Of a DNA stretch of 64,000 nucleotides, positions 55,643 to 64,000 are shown one piece after another. How positions within the stretch are numbered: position 1 is the stretch's first letter; the number at the start of each line of letters is the position of its first letter. Made by a program: the position numbers and the translations under genes. The notes under the pieces were generated by a model. The model was given only the letters and a program-made list of their open reading frames with translations, searched no databases and had not been told where the DNA came from. This stretch comes from Octopus vulgaris (lineage: Eukaryota), in assembly GCA_951406725.2 (NCBI GenBank), contig OX597817.1:115258001-115322000 (forward strand), read 5' to 3'.

Positions 55643-56418
55643 AGGGAAAGTAGTAAAAAGCCACCTATCACCGAAGTGGTTTTATGAAAAGGAAGGAAAA
55701 CAGAAATACAAATATAAAAATGGGAGAGATTACACACACAAACACACACACGCACAAACCCACACATAGACACACAGAGTCACAGACACGGTCACAGATA
55801 CACAGTCACACACATCACGCACATACACACACGCACAGACACACACGCACAGACAGACAGACAGACAAACAGACAGATACACACTCATATATAAGGACAT
55901 AGAAAAAGAAAGAAACGAACACACTTATAATTAGGAATGTTTCCCCGACAATAAAGGAAAAGGAATTAAATTTAAAGTATTTAAAAGATAATGTATCTGA
56001 ATTAACACTTAACACTTATAAAACACGAAACAAATATTTAACTTGAACTATATTGACAAACAAAGGGAAAGCCGACATTGAAAACTAGAAAGGCGTTCAT
56101 GATTGCAATCGTTCAGACAAACTGGGGTTTTATGAAGTATTATCGTACTGAAGTAATTTTCACAAAGAACATAAAGTGTTGCTTGAAGCAGTAGAAACAC
56201 TTAGCGTCAAAAGAAGTTATTCGCACATCCAAAATAAAAAAAAACAAAAACAGGAGCATATAACATATCTTATACGAGTATAAACATTCACCTATATTTG
56301 TATGTGTACGTACACATGCATGCATGCATACATACATACATACATACATACATACATACATACTTACCTACATACATACACACACACATACACACAAACG
56401 CATGCATACATACATACA

Positions 56419-56454
<36 letters not shown>

Positions 56455-56598
56455 TACATACATATATATATGTTACAAATAATTGAACAAACAAAAGAAG
56501 AGGCAATCACCACGTTTAAGAGCGGACAGGCTTACGTTACGTGAGGTCTGTGAAATTTTAAGTCGCAGGGAACCGAATCTAACTGATTTAAATTATAT

Positions 56599-56678
<80 letters not shown>

Positions 56679-57539
56679 TAGCAGAAAGGGAGGAATCTCA
56701 ATTATCTCCACGTGATGAGTTGTAATAAATATATCAGAAATTAAAGAAGGCAAACGCACACACTTTACATAGTTTTAATATAATTTTTAATATGTCTTGT
56801 ATTGTGTTTTTCGATCGGTTTCGCTTTCGCTCTTCATGACGTTAACATTTATTTGAATGCGTATTTTCTTGGAGGCTCGGATTTTACAGTTTTCCCCTTC
56901 TACCAGTGCAAATATACAATTTCTTTACACGAACGTTTAAATAAAGAAAGGTTTTTCGTCGAAAAATACAGAACACGTTTAAATATGCACGCATAACAAA
57001 CTTTCATCTCTACATATTTTAATTCACCCATCACTGTACATATTTCTTCCCACTACTCTAGTTTTTGAATTTTTGCGTATAAATATGTATATCTGAACGA
57101 TTATCTCCCTTGTCCACAATAATGACTTTAACCAATTATCTCCCCTTAAATTTATTTACTTCGTACTATTTAATATTTATGCATTATCAATTTCATTATT
57201 TATGAAGAAAATTCTTATCTACTTATATCCGTAGAAGATTATAGTAAATGTGAACAATTCGTAAATACATGCAATCTATGAATGATGAAATTAGAGACCT
57301 AATGCAAAATAAATGCTAATACTGAACCAGCGTATATACGCGCATATTTGCACGTACATACGCTATGACTAATATATCATTTTATACGCATATACCTGCA
57401 TGTTTTCGCACACGAGAGCTTTTCATCCGACGAGGAGTAACGGAATAAGATAAATTAAGAGTATTCCTGATAAAAAATGTTATAATACTTATGTTCTGCC
57501 GAAATATATTCTTCAAAAAGAAACTAAATTTTGGTAATA

Positions 57540-58760
57540 GGAGTTTGTTGCAACTCCGTATTAAATGAGGGTTATACTAAATAGGTTTCCTATTTACATT
57601 TGTTTCTAATTCTACACTCGCAGTTAATATGTTATAGCTTCTTAAAACCAGAACTTTTGATACATTCATATTTAAAGTAGTAGGTAGATAAAGAACACTG
57701 AAGAAGACAATGAGATTCTTCCTGAATGTATCTATAATCTCGTTGGTTACAATTGTTCATGGTCAATACTGTGCAATATCTTTACAAGCACCGGTATTTG
57801 CGAATTGATCCTTAAGTTCAAACAGAATGTATAGACCATTAATGTTACTGACCTCAGCTGAATCAATTATATCCATACTTACCGCAGGGAAGATATATGG
57901 GAAATATTTTAACCAAGAAGAATATTGCAACTTCAACCTTCCCGAGCATGGATAATTACATAAACACCGAAATTAGTTATCATCTCGTTTGCGGTTTTAG
58001 CAGAATTGACGCCTCTAAGTAATAGTGGTATTATGATTGAAACATAATAATCATCTACATCAAATAGGGTAAATTTTGAAAATTTCTTACTCATATAACT
58101 TCGATCCAGTCTATCACTGGAAATGATTTACTCCGTAGGCCTGAAAATACTTTATGGTTGGGTTATGCCTAATATGTTTACTAACTGTAATTATATCAGA
58201 TTTAGTAGGTTTATTGGAATCTGGTTTATGATCTTTCGGTATAAAGTGAGGATCTGCAACAGTTAGTGATTATCTTCACTCCTGGATATGTAGTTCAGGA
58301 GAAACCTTAAACTGAGAATCGTTAATATCCTTCATTAAAATCGGACTTGTTTTAAAGTAAGCCTTAGTGATTGTACGCCATAAAAACGGTGACACGAAAT
58401 CCTCTCTATCCGATACAAATTACTAGCCTTGTCTAAATGAACATGGATATCAATCACATACCTAATGTTTCTAACACGGGTTTCAAATTCTTTTGAAGCT
58501 GGTTATTCGTTACTAGTGAATTTAATGTTTCGGATTAATATAAATATGTCCTCAAACAGAACCGAATGATGATTACAAAAGAGAAATTTATGTTTTAAGT
58601 CTAATTCGGTCACCAGTCTTAGCAGCGTTTTGATGTTTGTCGAAATGGAAAGTTCCCCATTTCATCCTTTTAATAAAGAAATCAATCTCCTGAATAAGAA
58701 CATCCAGGCATATTATTTTACTTGGAATCAACGTTCTTAACTGAAGTATCCAGATGCTGC
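57540..58760 (-). pseudogene. Decayed PLE RT N-terminal region (Penelope/Poseidon-like)
   Basis: IPSKIICLDVLIQEIDFFIKRMKWGTFHFDK; LFEDIFILIRNIKF; IHVHLDKASNL; PKDHKPD; FDVDDYYVSI. Many stops and frameshifts. Confidence 0.65.
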
Positions 58761-58937
58761 TTCTGTATATTGTTTGTGGTGAAAAGTACAGTGTTGAAGG
58801 CGTTTCTTTGATAAACAATTTAGTCTTAAAGATATAACGCACATATATCTGTGCGCATAATATTCTTGTGTATTTGTATGATCAAGGCATCCGCATGTAA
58901 AGTACTCAATATTACACACACATGTATATATATATAT

Positions 58938-59141
58938 GTAGGTCCCGGGTTGATTCGGGGTTAACCACAGTAAGTAAGGTACTCAATACATAGCAGAGTA
59001 AAATTAATTTATTATATAGAAGGAGCTTCTACAGGACTAGTACTGTTTCATTCAAGAGAAATCTTCAGGAAGCTCCTGAGCTTCCTGAAGATTTCTCTTG
59101 AATGAAACAGTACTAGTCCTGTAGAAGCTCCTTCTATATAA

Positions 59142-59148
<7 letters not shown>
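58938..59148. mobile_element. Short PLE-terminus element forming a perfect 67-bp-arm palindrome with a hammerhead on each strand, in (TA)n
   Basis: 59009-59075 is the exact reverse complement of 59078-59144 (2-nt loop ct). Confidence 0.9.
59078..59130 (+). ncRNA. Type I hammerhead ribozyme (mirror copy on minus strand at 59023-59075)
   Basis: gagcttc-CTGAAGA-t.ttc.tctt.gaa.t-GAAA-cag.tactagtc.ctg-TA-gaagctc: 7-bp stem I, intact core, GUA cleavage triplet, weak stem II. Confidence 0.8.
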
Positions 59149-59200
<52 letters not shown>

Positions 59201-59374
59201 TTTACGAATTTTTACGAATTGGACAGCCATAAAACGATCGTAGTGTTATACTAATCTTTTTTTAATAATTTTGATATATATTTAAAATAATATAAATTAA
59301 TTAATCTTATGTATTGGCTTAAGTTTTTCATTGTATGATTTGCCTAATAGTGGTTTTATCTCTAATTTAATATA

Positions 59375-59421
<47 letters not shown>

Positions 59422-59619
59422 ATGTAAGTGCGTGTTTGTATGTGTGTGCGCGCGCGTGTTTAACTGGGTAAAAATATAATTGTGAATTTTTAAAAAACTG
59501 CTCCTAAATAGTAAAACTCAGTAAAAATATAGATAAAAGTATTGAAAATTAAAATTTAAAGATCTTTATCATTAAAAAACATACCTATATATAGCGATTG
59601 AGTCCCTGAACAGTCGAAT

Positions 59620-60470
59620 TCTTTGAATGCGTTTTGTGTTGCTCCCTTGTTGGAAATGTTTTGCTGGAAATTCTCCGGGTAACTGCACACATAGTAAGTT
59701 AATCAGAGTGCGAAAATAATTTTTTTGCCCAATTTCTGTAGAATCATTTGTCTGACATGTAGTTAAGCCATACTATGGAGAAGAATTGGTTCTTTTCAAA
59801 TCACCAGTGCTGGAAACTGTCGTTACATTTCGAGGATTATTTTGTCGTTTACATGACAATAATCCTATCGTAATAATTGAAAAATTATTGTAGCCAATGC
59901 TGCTTAAGGGGGACCAAACGTGACCATAGGCTTCTTTTAATGTAGCTTCAGCTTAGTACAGTACATGCGTTTTCGCCTGAGGAAATAACGTAGCTGCTTG
60001 TTGGCTATCGTATGAAATCTGTTTCGTCACATGATACAATGGAATCAAAGACTATGCTATGGGTATATTACAAAGACAAAAAAAAAGACAGAGATGAAAC
60101 TTTGTAAAAACCACTTATTAAAATATTCTTCCAGGTTATGCAGCACCCATTTGTTGAAAGTTTTGAGATTCTTGTGTAGCGAAAAATGTCCTAAAAAATT
60201 TGATGCTCAACGTTTATTTCTTTGTAAACTTTTCAAGTGTATCTTCGAGGATCTTGTGAAATTAAATGCAGAAATTGGTCAAACCACATAGCTGTAACTC
60301 CGCCAAATATTAAGGTCCCCAGTTTCCAGTATGAAGATTTGGTTATTTATGTTGCGACCCTTCTACAAATCTTTAGTTGATTTTGCAAGCTGTTTCTGGA
60401 GTTTTCTTTATATTTGCAACACAGAATATAAAATACCTCGAGTTTTTCTGTCTCTAATTTGAGAACTTAA
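59620..60470 (-). mobile_element. Decayed mariner transposase
   Basis: KWVLHNLEE (WVPHEL), DSIVSCDET..YD (first catalytic D), ALVI*KEPILLHSMA*LHVRQMILQKLG (LLHDNARPHVA) in order across broken frames. Confidence 0.75.
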
Positions 60471-60721
60471 AACGAATTAACAGTAGAGAAAATTAATTAT
60501 CATAAATAAATAAACTAGAAGGTGTACCTTGCATAGATATCGTTAAATGAAAGTCTATTCCAACTACGCATCAAATCTTAATATACTGAGACTGTCAAAG
60601 TGTTTGCATCAATCTCACACTCACACACACAAATAAAAAAACATACACACACACGCATACACTCACACGCACATATAAATTTATGTGCGTTTGTGTGTGT
60701 GTATTCACATTATCCATATGC

Positions 60722-60824
<103 letters not shown>

Positions 60825-61633
60825 TATACATACACACACATTTATGAATGTATACTTCTACAGCAACTACTTTGAATGACTGAACGTTACTTGTTCGTAT
60901 ATTAATTTTCATTATGTGACATAACTTTGAAATTGTGAACGTGCAATAGACCGCTTCGGTTATGGAGGAATAAATCCATTTTAGTTCACTCAGCTTAGTT
61001 ATATTCATACGTTAGCTTAAAACAATTCTGTCCTAAGCGATTGTTTAAGTTGCTCAACTTTTAAATTGAAACCGTATAATAAATGTGCGTTTTCTCCTTA
61101 AACAATATATTACAATTTATTACAGACTGTGGTATGGTCTACTTGTTTTCATAAAGATAAATACCACAATAGTTAATAGGTTATTTGTTAAATTTTTCAA
61201 AATTATCATAAAAAGAAAGAGCAAATTTGTCGTTTATGTATCGATAATTTTCAATCTCAATCAAATAAGACGCAATACCAGCAGTAAGAGTACTAGTTAT
61301 AGTAGTAGTAATATTAGTACTACTAGTTGTTTTTCTCTTTTAATTGCTGTTAGCCTCAGGTTAAACTTTATCGGGAAGACTTGTTAGTAAAGAAGTTCCA
61401 AATGGCACTTTAGACGGTATATCTATACATTAATTAACTGAGTCGATTTTGAAAAGGTAGCATGCGATTTAATGATAGATATTTCTATTGTTTTTTTTTT
61501 CAGATCGGCTGTCCATGTACGGACTCCTTTGTTGCGGCGTAGAAGTTGGTAACAATGTATTACAATAAATTGAGACTTATTTTTCTTTACCGCAGACACC
61601 TGTCTAGACGAATAATTCGAAACAACATTTATT

Positions 61634-61664
<31 letters not shown>

Positions 61665-61714
61665 GTGTGTGCGTGCGAGCGTAAGTATATGTATATATAA
61701 ATATACATATATAA

Positions 61715-61767
<53 letters not shown>

Positions 61768-63075
61768 CATATATACATGTACGTATATATGTATATATGC
61801 ATACATTTATATGTATATATATATATATATATATATCATATGTGTGTATGAGCGTGTGTGTGTGAGCACGCGTGTGTAAAGCGATAGGCAATACTTTATA
61901 CAAATTGGCAATACTTTTCCAATTCAATGCTAATGATGTTACATTTCGTCTTTTGATAATCGTCACATATAAATCTGAATATGCTAATATTGTACAATAG
62001 TAATGCTATATTTGTAGAAATTGTGAAACTCGTTTCGTCAATTTTGATATGTGCTTTATAAGTAAATATTCAGAAGATAGTATTGTGATCCAGTATAGAT
62101 AAGATATATTATCCAAAATATTGATCATTTAGAATATTGGTGGTTCGCATATTACTGACATTGATACAATTTTTGAATATCATGATATAAAATGATAATC
62201 GAGTACATGAAAGTAAAAACAGAAGATTCCGCGAAAGCTATCCATGTTCTAATCGGAGGAAAATAATACAAATATTTCCAACAATAGAATATAGTTTATA
62301 CCACAAGGGGAAAGCAAAATATAACATTTTGGAGAAAGAGAAAAATAGCAAATTTTTAAAAGCCTGTGCAGAAATGTGAACAAGATAAGTAGTACTGTCG
62401 TGAAGCTGATGCGAAAAGAAAGCGGCAAAAATCGATGGCGTCAGTTATGTTGGAGCAGTACAAGAGGAAGTATGACATGAGAAAGTTAGACATGGTTCAA
62501 AATAGTGGGTGCGAATGGGTAAATGAACAAGAACTGATCAAGGACCCGAGTGTTTTGAAGAAAAATGTATAAAAATAGTGACATGATGAGCCGTAGTGGT
62601 TATGAAAAATAGATTTGTGAAAACTGAAGGAGATAATAAAATTACAACGTTTTTGAAGATGTGAAAAACTGGCTGTTAGAACTAGTATACATAAAAGAGT
62701 CAGCAAGTATAGTGGTCTAGAATGAGTTATCTACTAGAAAGAGGATTGAAGGTATGAATAGAGTAGTGAGTAGGTAATATATTTGAAAGAACTGGAAATA
62801 CTTCCATACATATGCATACAAATCTGTAAACATATCTGCAAAATTATGAAAAATAAATACAAACACATATTGTATACACAATCAACTTGGTGACTGGCGT
62901 TGTCTGCAGAGCATTATGAAAACAATCTGACAGGTGATGTTAGAAAAAGACCCAATAGTGTAATCGATATATATGAATCATTGAATCATTGTTACTTACT
63001 ATAGAAAGTACTTGTCATATTAGACGGCGCCCTTTGATTACCACAACTTGATGCATACACACACACACACACACG

Positions 63076-63114
<39 letters not shown>

Positions 63115-64000
63115 GCGTACAGACAAACACAATCACTCTCTGACTACAACAAAACTACACAAAGACATAAAAGAATATGCAAAAGTCATTGACACAAAAA
63201 GTATCTTAGGAATGTGCATTGATATATATGGAATGATCTTCGTACTATTTATGAAACTGCTTCTCAATATAGAAGCAATGATGACAGCTGAATAGTTCAA
63301 TATTTTCTGGAAGAACTTCCTAAAAGATCCATATTTACATGCATTAGAGTTATCGATACTTAGTAACCTAGCAGTTGGCCATTTTCGTCATTCGTTGACA
63401 GTATTACAAAGACAGTATCTTAAACACATCTAAAGTGCCTAGCCCTAAATACACTTACCACATCTCCGTTTATAGATACGCCATGAAGAAAGGTGCCGTC
63501 AATATATTTGCGGCATTCATGGAGTTGCAGAAGATGTTAGATATTCGTTAACTATATATATTTATATATCTGCCTTAGGCTCTTACCCTCTGGATTTCTT
63601 TTGGGGCTTACTCACTTAACCCGGTTTTTTTAACTACTCAGTAAATTGCCAAACAAGGCAGGAATGGCTTATTATCATAACAAACATGGTTTGTGCAGAG
63701 CCAGTACGTAGTAAAATTCAAGAAGACTACTGTTATTGTGCTCAATGTTACATTACATACGTTAAATTACGATACGTACATTCATATTCACAATATAAAA
63801 GGTATAAAAATGAGAAGACACGTTCAATGTACGATACGATTATAATCCTTTACTCGATAGATGCAAGACATAAAATTTTAGTGTGAGATATATTGTCAGC
63901 AATACTTGAATATGAATGAACTCATCCGGCCTAGATGGAAAAATGAAGAGTTGATCTTAGAATCCTAAGGAAAGTGGACTAGGATTCTAAGGAAAGTGAA

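Noticed and set aside
63955-63998. Small hairpin/direct repeat cttagaatccta..taggattctaag
   Set aside because: Truncated by the window edge; too short to interpret.

Overview
AT-rich, microsatellite-dense, repeat-dominated eukaryotic DNA. It is most likely from an octopus (coleoid cephalopod), inferred from the SINE families and simple-repeat spectrum. I found no supportable host protein-coding exon, RNA gene or CRISPR array; almost all ORFs in the supplied track are translations of microsatellites. The best-preserved feature is at the left edge: a Penelope-like retroelement (PLE) on the minus strand. Its RT + Cys-rich linker + GIY-YIG reading frame is stop-free (2134 to <1, at least 711 codons, hand-translated) and is missing from the ORF track because it runs off the window. 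An overlapping coiled-coil ORF1 precedes it, and an in-frame U-UUU-UUA slippery heptamer in the overlap suggests gag-pol-like -1 frameshifting. The window also holds many PLE termini with hammerhead ribozymes (HHRs). These include a perfect 67-bp-arm palindrome with one HHR per strand and three unrelated termini with a compensated U3-A8 (UUGAAAA) core. Other features: an ORF1-only retroposon inserted with a TSD into a tRNA-derived SINE head, two hAT MITEs sharing one 8-bp target, R4/Dong and RTE LINE fragments, mariner remnants, two SINE families and a ~1.75-kb tandem duplication.
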